Source: Candidatus Latescibacterota bacterium (GTDB lineage Bacteria; Latescibacterota; UBA2968; UBA8231). Taken from it: a stretch of DNA of 64,000 nucleotides. Under the pieces are notes generated by a model. The model made no database searches and was not told the origin of the DNA. It worked only from the letters and a program-made list of their open reading frames with translations. Location: the NCBI GenBank assembly GCA_965203355.1, contig OZ241889.1, forward strand, positions 2,048,001 to 2,112,000, read 5' to 3'. Position numbers and translations under genes: made by a program. Below are positions 27,309 to 37,586 of this stretch, piece after piece (the stretch's first letter is position 1; every line of letters starts with the position of its first letter).

Positions 27309-30143
27309 CTACTCTTCCTCTGGATAGAGCACCACCCGCACGTAGCGGTCCATGTTGAAATACTGCTGTGCTGCCTGCTGCACGGCATCCCCAGTTAGCG
27401 AATCGACCAACGCTGGATACTGAATCAATAGCCGCGGGTCAACCCCGTTGAAATCGAGGTACTCCAGCGACCCGACCCAGAAGCTGTTCTCCTTGAGGTC
27501 TAGCTCGCGCTGGCGCTTGTGCATTTCCTTTACCTTATCGACGTAGAGATCGGTGGTGCCGACGGTTTTTAGGCTGTCGATTTGCTCAAAGATCACTTGC
27601 GTCAGTTCCTCGACGCGCTCGGGATCGCTGCCAAAGGAAATGGAGATGCGGTACTCCTCGTCCGGGTAGTGCGAGCTGTTGCTGCTGACCCAGACTCCAT
27701 AGGTGCCGCCTAAGTCCTCGCGCAACACCTCGCGCAGCTTGATTTGCAGCACGTCCGTCATGGCCCTGAGTTCGAGGTTGTTTTTCCAGCCGTCGTATGC
27801 AAAGGGGCCGGTGAAAATCATCTGCGACTGGCTCTTGGGTTCTATGCCGCGATAGACCGCTTTGTCGATCACGCCCGCCGGGGCCTCAAGGCCGACATCG
27901 CGCCAAGTCTCCTCCCGCCCGGTGGTCGGCAAGCCGCCCAAATAAGTGCGCACCAGCGGCTCCATGGCTTCGAGGGTGAAGTTGCCGACCAAGAAAAAGG
28001 AGAAGTCACTGGCGTCGGCAAAGCGATCTTGGTACGCCGCCATGGACGCGGCCAAGTCCATCTCGTCGAGCAGCTCCAGCGACCAAGGACGCGCCCGGTG
28101 GTGATATTGGGCCATGGTGACGGCTATGGTGTCGCCGAAAGCGGTCTCCGGGCGGGCACTGCGATTCTCGATGGAGCCTTTCATGCGCGTCCGATAGGCT
28201 TGGAAGGCCGTGCTGTCTGGTCGCGGCGCGGTGAAGAAAGCGTAGATCAGCTCGAACATGGTATGGACGTCTGCGGGCGAGGCCGAGCCGGAGATGCCCT
28301 CGCGCAAACTGCTGATCCACGGCGAGACCCGCACCACTTTGCCGGCCAGTTTCTTCTCCAGCTCGATCTTGTTAAACGGCCCCACGCCGCCCTCGCTCAC
28401 CACCGCGGTCGCCGTCGAGGCCGCCACGTAGTCGGCGTCGGGGACCAGCGAGTGCCCGCCGGGGCTGTAGGCCCGGAAGAGGATTTCGTCGTTTTTGAAG
28501 TCGGTCGGCTTCAGGCATACGCGGATGCCGTTGGCGAGCGTCCACCAAGTCGCGCCGATCTCGGGGATTTCGCTGCGTTCGACGATTTCAGCCGGGGCGG
28601 GTACGTGCGCCACGAGCGGCTCGTCGGACACCTCGTCCGCGTACGGCGCGATCTCCTGCTGCGCCACCTCGGTGAAAATCGCCAGTAGATCCTGTTGGCT
28701 GGGCACGGCGATGCCCTCTTGCTCGGGCGCCTGCACGGCGATCACGCGATTTTTTTCGCTCGTCCACTCACTGGCCAGCGCATTGACCTCGGCCAGCGCA
28801 ATGCCGGGTACCAGTTTTTGGTAGAGTTCGTACTGCTTGGCAATGCCGGGGATGGCCTCGTCGGTCAGCAGGTGGCTCACGTACTTAGCGGCGAGACCGC
28901 CGGACTGCTGCTTGTCGCGCTCGCGGTAGGTCTGCTCCATGCCGCGCAGCATTTCCTTTTTTTCGCGTGCTAGCTCGGAAGCGGTGAAGCCGTGTTTCCG
29001 CACTCTGGCGGCTTCGATCAACAGGGCCTCAAGGCCAGCGTCAAAACCGTTGTTTTGCACCCCGGCCCCGAGGATGAAAAACTCCTTGGAACGCAACCAG
29101 CGCCCCTGCCCGGAATAGGCACCTAAAAAGGGCGGCTCGGGCCGTTTGGTCAGTTCGTGCAGCCGTTGGTTGAACATCTGATGGTAGAGGGCTTCAATCA
29201 GCGCGCGGCGGTAGGTGCTCATCGTCCCTTGGGGCCGCACCGCCGTTTTGTAGTAGATACTGACGCTGTTGAAGGTGGCTTCTTGGTCGGTGGCAATGGC
29301 AAACAGCGTCTCCTCGTGGTCGGGCACCGGGAACACCGTGCGCTCGCGGGGGCTTGCCGTGGCCGGGATGCGCGCAAAATACTCCTGCACCAACGTCTCT
29401 ATCTCCGCGGGTTCCATGTCGCCGACGGCCACAAAACCCATCAGGTCGGGCCGGTACCAAGTGCGGTAAAAGCGGCGCAGGGTCTCGTGTTGAAAGGTGT
29501 CTAGCACGGCCTTCTGGCCGATGGGCAGACGCACGGCATAGCGCGAATCCTTCAGGATGATGGGCAATTGCTCGTCCAACATGCGCTGCTGCGCGCCGCG
29601 CCTCAGTCGCCACTCTTCGATGACTACGCCCCGTTCCTTGTCTATTTCTTCGGGGTCAAAGCTGATTTGGTGCGCCCAGTCTTCGAGGATTTGGAAGGCC
29701 GTTTCCACCACCTCGGTGCTGTCGGTCGGCACGGTCAGCATGTACACGGTCTCGTCGAAACTGGTGTAGGCATTCAGATCCGGCCCAAAGCGCATGCCGA
29801 TGCGCTCTAAGTAATCCACCAACTCCTGCTTGGCGAAGTTTTTGGTGCCATTGAAGGCCATGTGCTCGGCAAAGTGCGCCAGCCCTCGCTGGTTTTCGTC
29901 CTCCAGCACCGAGCCTACATTGACTACCAGTCGCAACTCGACCCGGTTTTCGGGCTTCTGGTTTTTGCGAATAACGTAGCGCAGGCCGTTGTCTAGCTGG
30001 CCGACGGTCACCAGCGGGTCAATGGGCAGATGCGGATCGGCTGGATTTTCGGCCGTCGCCTCCAGCGCGGCTTGTTGTGACGTGCTGGCGCAGGCGTACA
30101 ACAGTACTGGAAGCACGACGAACAGCGTTAAAACTCGTCTCAT
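27309..30143 (-). CDS. M16 family zinc metallopeptidase (PqqL-like) lipoprotein
   Basis: GLAHFAEHMAFNGT (HxxEH), NAYTSFDETVY; lipobox LYAC; start at ATG 30143 with RBS CAGGAG. Confidence 0.9.
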   Translation of the reverse strand: MRRVLTLFVVLPVLLYACASTSQQAALEATAENPADPHLPIDPLVTVGQLDNGLRYVIRKNQKPENRVELRLVVNVGSVLEDENQRGLAHFAEHMAFNGTKNFAKQELVDYLERIGMRFGPDLNAYTSFDETVYMLTVPTDSTEVVETAFQILEDWAHQISFDPEEIDKERGVVIEEWRLRRGAQQRMLDEQLPIILKDSRYAVRLPIGQKAVLDTFQHETLRRFYRTWYRPDLMGFVAVGDMEPAEIETLVQEYFARIPATASPRERTVFPVPDHEETLFAIATDQEATFNSVSIYYKTAVRPQGTMSTYRRALIEALYHQMFNQRLHELTKRPEPPFLGAYSGQGRWLRSKEFFILGAGVQNNGFDAGLEALLIEAARVRKHGFTASELAREKKEMLRGMEQTYRERDKQQSGGLAAKYVSHLLTDEAIPGIAKQYELYQKLVPGIALAEVNALASEWTSEKNRVIAVQAPEQEGIAVPSQQDLLAIFTEVAQQEIAPYADEVSDEPLVAHVPAPAEIVERSEIPEIGATWWTLANGIRVCLKPTDFKNDEILFRAYSPGGHSLVPDADYVAASTATAVVSEGGVGPFNKIELEKKLAGKVVRVSPWISSLREGISGSASPADVHTMFELIYAFFTAPRPDSTAFQAYRTRMKGSIENRSARPETAFGDTIAVTMAQYHHRARPWSLELLDEMDLAASMAAYQDRFADASDFSFFLVGNFTLEAMEPLVRTYLGGLPTTGREETWRDVGLEAPAGVIDKAVYRGIEPKSQSQMIFTGPFAYDGWKNNLELRAMTDVLQIKLREVLREDLGGTYGVWVSSNSSHYPDEEYRISISFGSDPERVEELTQVIFEQIDSLKTVGTTDLYVDKVKEMHKRQRELDLKENSFWVGSLEYLDFNGVDPRLLIQYPALVDSLTGDAVQQAAQQYFNMDRYVRVVLYPEEE

Positions 30144-30567
30144 CGAAAAACTCCTGTTTTGATTGGTTAATGGCCGGTTGAGCCGCTTCAACCAGCGGTT
30201 TGTCCTAAATGGAAATCTCGCTCTGGAGTTGGTCTCGTTGACGGGCCACAGCGGCGCACAGCGCGGGTGCGTCGACATGGAGCTAACTCAGGCGCGACCA
30301 GTCGAAGCCCACAAAGCCCCTCGTACATTGGCTGGCAGTCTGCCGGGGACCCGAGGGCCGCTGGCGATGCTGGCGGTGGTTGGCGTCGAGGTCGCTGACG
30401 ATGCGTTGGTGGATTATCACGGCGGCTCATGCTCCTTGGGGAAAGATAAAGGGCCTTTAGGGAACTGAGTCAAGCGGCCAAGCGCGTAGGCCACCGGGGA
30501 ACCCGCCGCCGGAATCGGCGTATAATATCAAAGCGGCCTTGACGACCTCCACAAAAGGAATGTAGCC

Positions 30568-31125
30568 ATGATTTTTGCATTGAGCCTCATCGTCCTATGC
30601 GCTTTAGCTGGACAGACGCAGGAAAGGGAATCGAGTTCCGTTTCGGCGGATGGCGTTGTCGGCGACGAAACGAGACGGTGGGGAAGAGTGGTCACCGACC
30701 CGGATGAAACTGCCGCGTTGGGCGCGGATGAATACGAGTTAAAGGCCGCAGCCATAACAGGTGATACGCTCGCCGTGGTGGTGTCTTACGTCGGCGGCTG
30801 TGAAGATCACCTATTCACATTGGACGCATCCGGGGCCTTCATGGAGTCCGACCCGGTGCAACTCAGCGTTGCGCTTGCGCACCATGTCAACGGCGGTCCC
30901 GCCAGCGAAGTTTGTACTGCGTATATAACTGAACGCTATTTCTTCCAACTTGCCCCGCTCAAAACGCAGTATCGAGAACAGTACCAGCAGGATGCCGGCG
31001 CGATTGTGCTTCTATTCGAAGGGGCTCCGATTTCGCTCATCTACGAATTTGCCCATGCCGACGGCACGACCGCAGTGGAGGATGTCACTTGGGCGCGGAT
31101 CAAGAGTTACAGCCGCGACGAGTAG
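30568..31125 (+). CDS. Secreted hypothetical protein with C-terminal TAVE..TW.RIK tail
   Basis: Signal peptide; VSYVGGCEDH..FMESDPVQ core; ends GTTAVEDVTWARIKSYSRDE. Confidence 0.65.
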   Translation: MIFALSLIVLCALAGQTQERESSSVSADGVVGDETRRWGRVVTDPDETAALGADEYELKAAAITGDTLAVVVSYVGGCEDHLFTLDASGAFMESDPVQLSVALAHHVNGGPASEVCTAYITERYFFQLAPLKTQYREQYQQDAGAIVLLFEGAPISLIYEFAHADGTTAVEDVTWARIKSYSRDE

Positions 31126-31313
31126 CGTTGCCCAAAGGGATTTGCTGGCCCACCGCAAGGCCCGTCCTCGGCGGCCGGATTATGGGTTGACCCAGCATAG
31201 GCGAGGGCGTAAAATGTACTCGCTAGCACCTGCCGAGAGCCTCCCCATTCCCCTAAAACACTGTTCAGGCGCTGGTTAATCGGCCAAAATAAAAAGGAGA
31301 AAGGAGGCGCGTT

Positions 31314-33407
31314 GTGTTGTTTCGCACTCGACCGCTTCTCCTCGCCGGACTGATAGCCCTTGCTGCTTTTGTGCAATGCAGCCCATCGGCGACCCCGCCA
31401 CCACCGCCCAAGTACACCGGCGATCTTCCGGTGTTGCAATCCCGCGGCGCGTTGCGCGTCATCGTTCCTTCCGAGCCAATTGGCCATCTACCCAAATCCG
31501 CCGAACCCGTCGCGCTCGACCCGGACATCGCCCGCGGCTTGGCCGCCGCACTCGAGCTGGAAATGCAGCTAGTACGGGCCGACAGTTATGCCCAAATGGT
31601 GCAGAAACTGTTGGAAGGCGAGGGCGATATCATCGCGGCTAGCCTGACGATTACGCCGGCACGGCAAAAGCAGGGGGCGTTTTCGGTGCCGTATCGCTAC
31701 GTGAAGGAGTACCTGATTACCGGGGCTGGCGACAGCCTGCCGACGACGCTGGCCGACTTAGCCGGTATGAAAATCGGCGTCCGGCCCTCCAGCTCGCACT
31801 ACCAGACCCTATTGGAGATTCAGCAACAGGTCCCTTCGCTGCACATTCACGCGGCCGCGGAAAAGCCCGGCCTCGAACCCCTCGTCGAAGGCATTGTCCG
31901 CGGCGAATACCAAGCGACCGTAGCCGACGAGCATTTGTGGCGGTCGGTGGCCAGTTACTACGACGATATGGCTACGCCGCTGGTGCTGGCCGAAAACCGT
32001 CCCATCGCCTTGATGATGCGGCCGGCCGATGCCGAGTTAAAGATAAGGGTTGACGAATACTTACTCGCACGGCGGCTTACGCGCCACCGCCAGCAGACCT
32101 TTACCGACGACCTGCCCGGCTTAAAGGAGCGCGGCCGCTTGCGCATGATCACGCGCAACAACGCCATGACCTATTTCATCCATCGCGGCTTGCAGGTGGG
32201 CTTTGAGTACGAGCTGATGAAAAAATTCGCTGATCAGCACGGCCTGCGCCTCGAAATCGTCATTCCAGACAACCACGCCGAGCTGCTGACCTATCTGAAC
32301 GAGGGCAAAGGCGATGTGGTGGCGGCGGCCATGACCATTACGCCAGAGCGGGAAAAGCAGGCGGCCTTTGCCCAGCCCTATAACGAAGTCGATGAGCTAG
32401 TGGTGGTGCGGGCCGACGACTATTCACTCAATCGCCTAGCGGATTTGGCCGGGCGCACGATCCACGTGCGCGCCAGCTCGTCGTTTTACACCACCCTGAA
32501 GGCCCTAAAGGATTCCATTGCGGGCTTGCAGGTCGCGCTGCTGCCCGAAGATCTCGAGACCGAAGACATCTTGGCTGGCGTTGAGGAGGGCCGCTATGAC
32601 CTTACTCTGTGCGATTCCAATTTGCTCGACGTGGAACGCGCCTACGGGCATCAGCTCAAGGCCGCTTTCAGCATCAAGCCGACGGTCTTGGGCTGGGCCG
32701 TGCGAAAGGACAATCCGGCCTTGCTGGCCGCGCTCAACCAGTATGTACAAGAGGAAAAAGGCGGCTTGTTTTTCAACATGATGAAGAGGCGCTACTTCAA
32801 GAACAAGCGCACCATCGCCAAGGCCAAGGATTCACTGAGGGTTGATCGGAGCGGTCGCCTGTCGCCCTATGACGATATGGTAAAAAAGTACGCCCGGCAG
32901 TACGGCCAGGACTGGCGGTTGATTACCGCGCAGATGTACCAAGAATCCAAGTTCCATCCCCAAGCCACTAGCTGGGTTGGCGCGCGCGGGCTGATGCAGA
33001 TCATGCCGGTCACCGGGCGCGAGTTGGGATTTACCGACCTGTACGACCCAGAAGAGAGTATCCACGCTGGCGTAAAGTACCTGTCCCAACTGATCCGCCG
33101 CCTCGATCCGAAAATCCCCATGGAGGAGCGGACGCGCTTTGCGTTGGCCGCCTACAATGTCGGGTATGGGCACGTGCTTGATGCGCGCCGCTTGGCCCGC
33201 GAAAAGGGGTGGAATCCCAACAAGTGGTTTGGCCACGTGGAACAGGCGATGAAGCTACTCGCCAATCCGGCGTACTACAAGCGGATGCGTTACGGCTTTT
33301 GTCGCGGCGGCCAGCCCGTGCATTACGTAGGCAACATCCAGACCATGTACGACGCCTATGTCGGGATGTTGAGTATGGTGAGGACCGCGGGCCAAGAGGA
33401 CCTCTAA
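31314..33407 (+). CDS. mltF: MltF-like lytic transglycosylase with two tandem solute-binding domains
   Basis: Two SBP_bac_3-like repeats (GEGDIIAASLTIT and GKGDVVAAAMTIT); SLT motifs YQESKF, GARGLMQIMP, LAAYNVGYGH. Confidence 0.85.
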   Translation: MLFRTRPLLLAGLIALAAFVQCSPSATPPPPPKYTGDLPVLQSRGALRVIVPSEPIGHLPKSAEPVALDPDIARGLAAALELEMQLVRADSYAQMVQKLLEGEGDIIAASLTITPARQKQGAFSVPYRYVKEYLITGAGDSLPTTLADLAGMKIGVRPSSSHYQTLLEIQQQVPSLHIHAAAEKPGLEPLVEGIVRGEYQATVADEHLWRSVASYYDDMATPLVLAENRPIALMMRPADAELKIRVDEYLLARRLTRHRQQTFTDDLPGLKERGRLRMITRNNAMTYFIHRGLQVGFEYELMKKFADQHGLRLEIVIPDNHAELLTYLNEGKGDVVAAAMTITPEREKQAAFAQPYNEVDELVVVRADDYSLNRLADLAGRTIHVRASSSFYTTLKALKDSIAGLQVALLPEDLETEDILAGVEEGRYDLTLCDSNLLDVERAYGHQLKAAFSIKPTVLGWAVRKDNPALLAALNQYVQEEKGGLFFNMMKRRYFKNKRTIAKAKDSLRVDRSGRLSPYDDMVKKYARQYGQDWRLITAQMYQESKFHPQATSWVGARGLMQIMPVTGRELGFTDLYDPEESIHAGVKYLSQLIRRLDPKIPMEERTRFALAAYNVGYGHVLDARRLAREKGWNPNKWFGHVEQAMKLLANPAYYKRMRYGFCRGGQPVHYVGNIQTMYDAYVGMLSMVRTAGQEDL

Positions 33408-33414
33408 GCCCGTT

Positions 33415-34809
33415 TTACCCGCGCCCAAACACGTGTGCCGGCAGATACGTAGCCAATTCCGGCACAAACCACAGCCCCACTAACAGCAGCACTTGAATCG
33501 CGATAAAGGGCACGACTCCCCGGTAGATTTGCGGCGTGCTAATCTCGGAGGGGGCGACGCCGCGCAGGTAAAAGAGCGAGAAGCCAAACGGGGGCGTGAG
33601 AAAAGACGTCTGCAGGTTCAGGGCGATCATCACGCCCAACCACACCGGATCTAAGCCCATCGTCAAGAGGATCGGGCCGACGATGGGGACGACGACGAAG
33701 ATGATCTCAAAGAAATCGAGAAAGAAACCGAGCAAAAACATCACGGCCATCACCAGGGCAAAAGAGCCGAGCGCGCCGCCGGTTGCCTCGTGGGTTAGAA
33801 AGGCTTCGACTGCTTCGTCGCCCCCGTAGCCGCGAAAGACCAGCGAAAATGCGCTTGCGCCGATGAGTATGATAAAGACCATGGCGTTGATTTTGGTGGT
33901 GGTGTGCATGACTTCTTTGAGGGTGGCGCGGTTGAAATGCCCTTTGGCAAGCGACAAGAGCATGGCACCCACCGCGCCGACCGAAGCCGCTTCGGTGGGC
34001 GTGGCCACGCCGAAGAGGATGGAGCCGAGCACCCCGCCGATGAGGACTAGCGGGGGCACGAGGGCTGCGCCGAGGCGGCGGAAAAAGGCCGCGCTGAGCA
34101 TGGGTACGCGCTCTGCGGCTGGCACGGCTGGCACGGCAGCCGGCTTGAGGCGGCCGAGAGCGATTATATAGAGGATATAGAGGACCATCAGCGCGAAGCC
34201 GGGCACGAGTGCGCCCATAAAGAGGTCGCCGACCGAGACCGAGACCGGGGCGAAGTTGCCCATTTTGAGCTGGGCCTGCTGGTGCGCTGAGGAGATCACG
34301 TCGCCGAGGATGACGAGCACAATGCTGGGCGGGATGATCTGGCCGAGCGTCCCGGAGGCGCAGATGATGCCAGTGGCAACCGCTGGGGAGTACGCGCGTT
34401 TGAGCATGGCCGGCAGCGAAATAAGCCCCATGGTGACGACGGTCGCGCCGACGATGCCAGTCGAGGCCGCCAACAGGCCCCCGACGAGGCAGACCGAAAT
34501 CCCCAGTCCGCCGCACAAACCGCCGCAGAGCTGGGCCATGGTTTCGAGCAGGTCCTCGGCGATTTTCGAGCGTTCCAGCACGACCCCCATAAAGACAAAT
34601 AGCGGCACCGCCATCAGCGTCTCGTTAGACATGATGCCGTAAATGCGGGCGGGCAAAGCCGAGAGAAAGGCCCCGTCGAAGTGGCCGGTGAGCATGCCGA
34701 GTCCGGCAAAGCCGAAGGCCGTACCCGCGAGGCAAAAAGCCACGGGGAAGCCGGATAGTAGCACCGCGAAGGTGCAGAGGAACATGGCGAGGGGCGCGAG
34801 TTCGCTCAT
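33415..34809 (-). CDS. dctM: TRAP transporter large permease
   Basis: AVPLFVFMG, SGTLGQIIPPS, ATPTEAA, SFLTPPFG; start at MSELAPL. Confidence 0.92.
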   Translation of the reverse strand: MSELAPLAMFLCTFAVLLSGFPVAFCLAGTAFGFAGLGMLTGHFDGAFLSALPARIYGIMSNETLMAVPLFVFMGVVLERSKIAEDLLETMAQLCGGLCGGLGISVCLVGGLLAASTGIVGATVVTMGLISLPAMLKRAYSPAVATGIICASGTLGQIIPPSIVLVILGDVISSAHQQAQLKMGNFAPVSVSVGDLFMGALVPGFALMVLYILYIIALGRLKPAAVPAVPAAERVPMLSAAFFRRLGAALVPPLVLIGGVLGSILFGVATPTEAASVGAVGAMLLSLAKGHFNRATLKEVMHTTTKINAMVFIILIGASAFSLVFRGYGGDEAVEAFLTHEATGGALGSFALVMAVMFLLGFFLDFFEIIFVVVPIVGPILLTMGLDPVWLGVMIALNLQTSFLTPPFGFSLFYLRGVAPSEISTPQIYRGVVPFIAIQVLLLVGLWFVPELATYLPAHVFGRG

Positions 34810-35297
34810 TGGGTGCGGAGGGTTTGTACGCTGTGGTGAATGATGGCTAGGGCTTGCAAAAACAGCAGCACGAAGCACACCGGGATGGCGGTTTTGAGCA
34901 GATAGACCGCCTCTAAGCCGCCGCCGTCTTGAGAGCCTTCGAGCACGGCCCAAGAGTCGGCGACAAAGGGCAGCGACTGGTAGATCAGGACCGTGCAGCA
35001 CGGGATCAGGAGCAGGGCGCTGCCCAAGAGGTTGACGAGGGCTTTGCGCCGGACGTTCAAGGGCCGGTAGAGAATATCAACGCGGACGTGCTCGTCGTGC
35101 GAGAGGGTGTAGCCGGCTGCCAAAAGGAAGGTGAACGCATGCATGTACAGGGCTGTTTCCTGCATCCAGACCCAGCCGCGCCCAAAGAGGTAGCGCAAGA
35201 TCACGACGGCAAAAGTAACCAAGACCATGCCCAGCGTCAGCCAAGGCACGGTGTGGGCGATGCAGCGGTTGAGGCGTTCCATGGGCGCGTCAGCCAA
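34806..35297 (-). CDS. dctQ: TRAP transporter small permease
   Basis: VILRYLF..QE..AGYTL..DEHVRVDI; 4 TM segments; start may be ATG 35282. Confidence 0.9.
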   Translation of the reverse strand: MADAPMERLNRCIAHTVPWLTLGMVLVTFAVVILRYLFGRGWVWMQETALYMHAFTFLLAAGYTLSHDEHVRVDILYRPLNVRRKALVNLLGSALLLIPCCTVLIYQSLPFVADSWAVLEGSQDGGGLEAVYLLKTAIPVCFVLLFLQALAIIHHSVQTLRTQ

Positions 35298-36414
35298 AGG
35301 TCAGGGCGCGGGCCTGAGTGTAGGCTTGCTCGGAGACGCGCGTGTACGCGATGGAGTTTTTGCGGAAGGCGTCAAACGAGCTATAGACCCGGCGGGAAAA
35401 AGGGTCTTGGCCGGCGATCTCGGCGACGACTTCGGCCGCCACTTTGCCGATTTGCGTCAACAGCTCGTCGGAAAAGCGCCGGAGCTGGACCCCGTGTTTT
35501 TCCACCAACGTCTTGAGGGCGTGGCTGTTGCGTGCGGTGAACTCGCTGAGCATGTCGTCGTTGGCCGCTTGGCAGGCGTATGCGACGATGGCTTGGAGAT
35601 CTGCGGGGAGGGCCGCCAAGGCTTTTTTGTTGACCATGCACTCTAGCGCGGTCCCGGGCTCGTGCCAGCCCGGCCAGTAGTAGTATGTAGCGGCTTGGTG
35701 TAGCCCAAAGGCGAGATCGTTGTACGGGCCGACCCATTCGGTGGCGTCAATGGCGCCGGTCTTGAGGGCTTGGAAAATCTCGCCGCCGGGCAGGGCTTTG
35801 ACGGTGGCCTCGAGGCGGCGCAAGACCTCGCCGCCTAGGCCTGGCATCCGCATGACCAAACCGGAAAAGTCGGCTAGGGTGTTGATTTCTCGGTTGAACC
35901 AACCGCCCATCTGCACGCCCGTATTGCCGACGGGAAAGGCCCGGAGGTTGAAGGAGGCGTAGAGTTCGTCCCACAGGGCTTGGCCGCCGCCGTAGCGCAG
36001 CCAGCCGTTGATCTCGGCCGCGTTTAGCCCAAAGGGGACCGCCGAGAAAAACTGGGTTGCCTCGTGCTTGCCCTTCCAGTAGTAAGCCGCTCCGTGGCCC
36101 ATCTCGGCGGTGCCGCCAGAGACCGCGTCGAATACGCCCGAGGCCGGTACCAACTCACCCGCGCCGTACACCTTGACGTGTAGGCGTCCAGCGGACAGGG
36201 CCTCAATGCTGCGGGCGAGGTTGTTGGCCCCGGTGCCCAAGGCCGGAAAGTCCTTGGGCCACGTGGTGACCAGTTTCCATTTGAAGCGCTGTTGGGATTG
36301 GACCGCCGGGGCTACCTGCTGTTCGGCTTGGCCACAGGCGACCCAGCCGCCGGCCGCAACGAGCGGGGCGCTTTGGAGAAAGGAGCGGCGCGAGCGTGGT
36401 GCGGAATCGTGCAT
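35290..36414 (-). CDS. dctP: TRAP substrate-binding protein (TakP-like) with Tat signal
   Basis: SRRSFLQ twin-arginine signal; GNTGVQMGGWF, MRMPGLGG, DATEWVGPYND, WHEPG. Confidence 0.9.
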   Translation of the reverse strand: MHDSAPRSRRSFLQSAPLVAAGGWVACGQAEQQVAPAVQSQQRFKWKLVTTWPKDFPALGTGANNLARSIEALSAGRLHVKVYGAGELVPASGVFDAVSGGTAEMGHGAAYYWKGKHEATQFFSAVPFGLNAAEINGWLRYGGGQALWDELYASFNLRAFPVGNTGVQMGGWFNREINTLADFSGLVMRMPGLGGEVLRRLEATVKALPGGEIFQALKTGAIDATEWVGPYNDLAFGLHQAATYYYWPGWHEPGTALECMVNKKALAALPADLQAIVAYACQAANDDMLSEFTARNSHALKTLVEKHGVQLRRFSDELLTQIGKVAAEVVAEIAGQDPFSRRVYSSFDAFRKNSIAYTRVSEQAYTQARALTFG

Positions 36415-36420
36415 GGAACC

Positions 36421-37101
36421 TCAGCTTTTGTCGAGGAGATGGCAGGAACCGTCGTCTTGGCCGACGATCACGAGATGGGTCATGCCGAGGAAAAGTCCGT
36501 TTTCCACGACCCCGGGCAAGGCGTTGAGCCAGCGCTCGGTGGCGCGGGCATCGTCGATCCCAGCGGGAAAGCGCGCGTCGATGACAAAGTTGCCGTTGTC
36601 GGTGACACACGGGATGTCTGGGGCGCGCAAGCGCAAGGCTGGTTCCGCGCCCTGTTCTTTGAGGTGCCGTGCGACGAGCGGATGGGACCAAGGGACGACC
36701 TCGACCGGCAGCGGGGCTTTGCTGCCGAGCCGGTCGACTAGCTTGGATGGATCGGCGACGATGATTTGGAAAGCGGCGATGGAGGCGACGATTTTCTCGC
36801 GCAGGAGCGCGCCGCCGAGGCCCTTGATCAAGTCGAGGTTGGGATCGACCTCGTCGGCTCCGTCGATGGTCAAATCAACGCTGGACACCTCGGCGAGCGT
36901 CGTCAGTTTAATGTTGAGGGAGCGGGCCAAGGTTGCCGTGGTTTCCGACGTGGGGATGGCCCTGACTGCTAGCCCGGCCGCGACGCGTTCTCCGAGGGCC
37001 CGGATGGCCCATTCGGCGGTCGAACCCGTGCCCAGCCCTACGGTCATCCCTGCTTTAATGTACTCGGCCGCCCGGCGGCCGGCCGCTTCTTTTGGCGTCA
37101 T
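36421..37101 (-). CDS. rpiA: Ribose-5-phosphate isomerase A
   Basis: GLGTGST, DGADEVD, IKGLGGALLREKI, PGVVENGLF. Confidence 0.95.
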   Translation of the reverse strand: MTPKEAAGRRAAEYIKAGMTVGLGTGSTAEWAIRALGERVAAGLAVRAIPTSETTATLARSLNIKLTTLAEVSSVDLTIDGADEVDPNLDLIKGLGGALLREKIVASIAAFQIIVADPSKLVDRLGSKAPLPVEVVPWSHPLVARHLKEQGAEPALRLRAPDIPCVTDNGNFVIDARFPAGIDDARATERWLNALPGVVENGLFLGMTHLVIVGQDDGSCHLLDKS

Positions 37102-37114
37102 GTCTCCACCCACT

Positions 37115-37582
37115 TTAGAGGCGCACACAGTAGTGAATCTGGCGGGCGACTTCTGCAAAGCCGAGGCTGGGATATAAGTGGGCGCCGATGGGGTTTCGCG
37201 CCAGCGTCTCGATCTTGGCGCACTCCATGCCAGCCGCGCGCAGGTGCGCTAAGCCGTGCTCTATGAGCTGGCGGCCCATGCCTTGGCCTTGGCAGTGCGG
37301 CAGGACGGCGAGGTTGGGAATCCCGCCGATTTTGCTCTCGCGGTCGATGCGAGTAGTGATGTAGCCGACGACCTCGCCGGCTTCTTCCCACACAAAGACG
37401 CCACTGGCCCGCTCGCCCGCTACATCGTCGTCCATGTGGCGCAGCTTGCGAAACTGCCAGTCGCGCCCGCCAATGAGTCCGAAGTGCTGCTCGATGCTGT
37501 GGTCGATGGATACGCCGGGGAAGCAGATGGCCGTGATGTGCTTGAGCGCGGGCAAGTCGGCTGGGCGATAGGGGCGAATCAC
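37115..37582 (-). CDS. GNAT family N-acetyltransferase
   Basis: NLAVLPHCQGQGMGRQL motif A; LYPSLGF. Confidence 0.85.
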   Translation of the reverse strand: MIRPYRPADLPALKHITAICFPGVSIDHSIEQHFGLIGGRDWQFRKLRHMDDDVAGERASGVFVWEEAGEVVGYITTRIDRESKIGGIPNLAVLPHCQGQGMGRQLIEHGLAHLRAAGMECAKIETLARNPIGAHLYPSLGFAEVARQIHYCVRL

Positions 37583-37586
37583 GAGA

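Noticed and set aside
30188-30430. 80-aa Pro/Arg-rich minus-strand ORF with AAGGAG RBS upstream of the peptidase
   Set aside because: No recognisable motif and composition typical of spurious GC-rich ORFs; cannot be excluded without expression data
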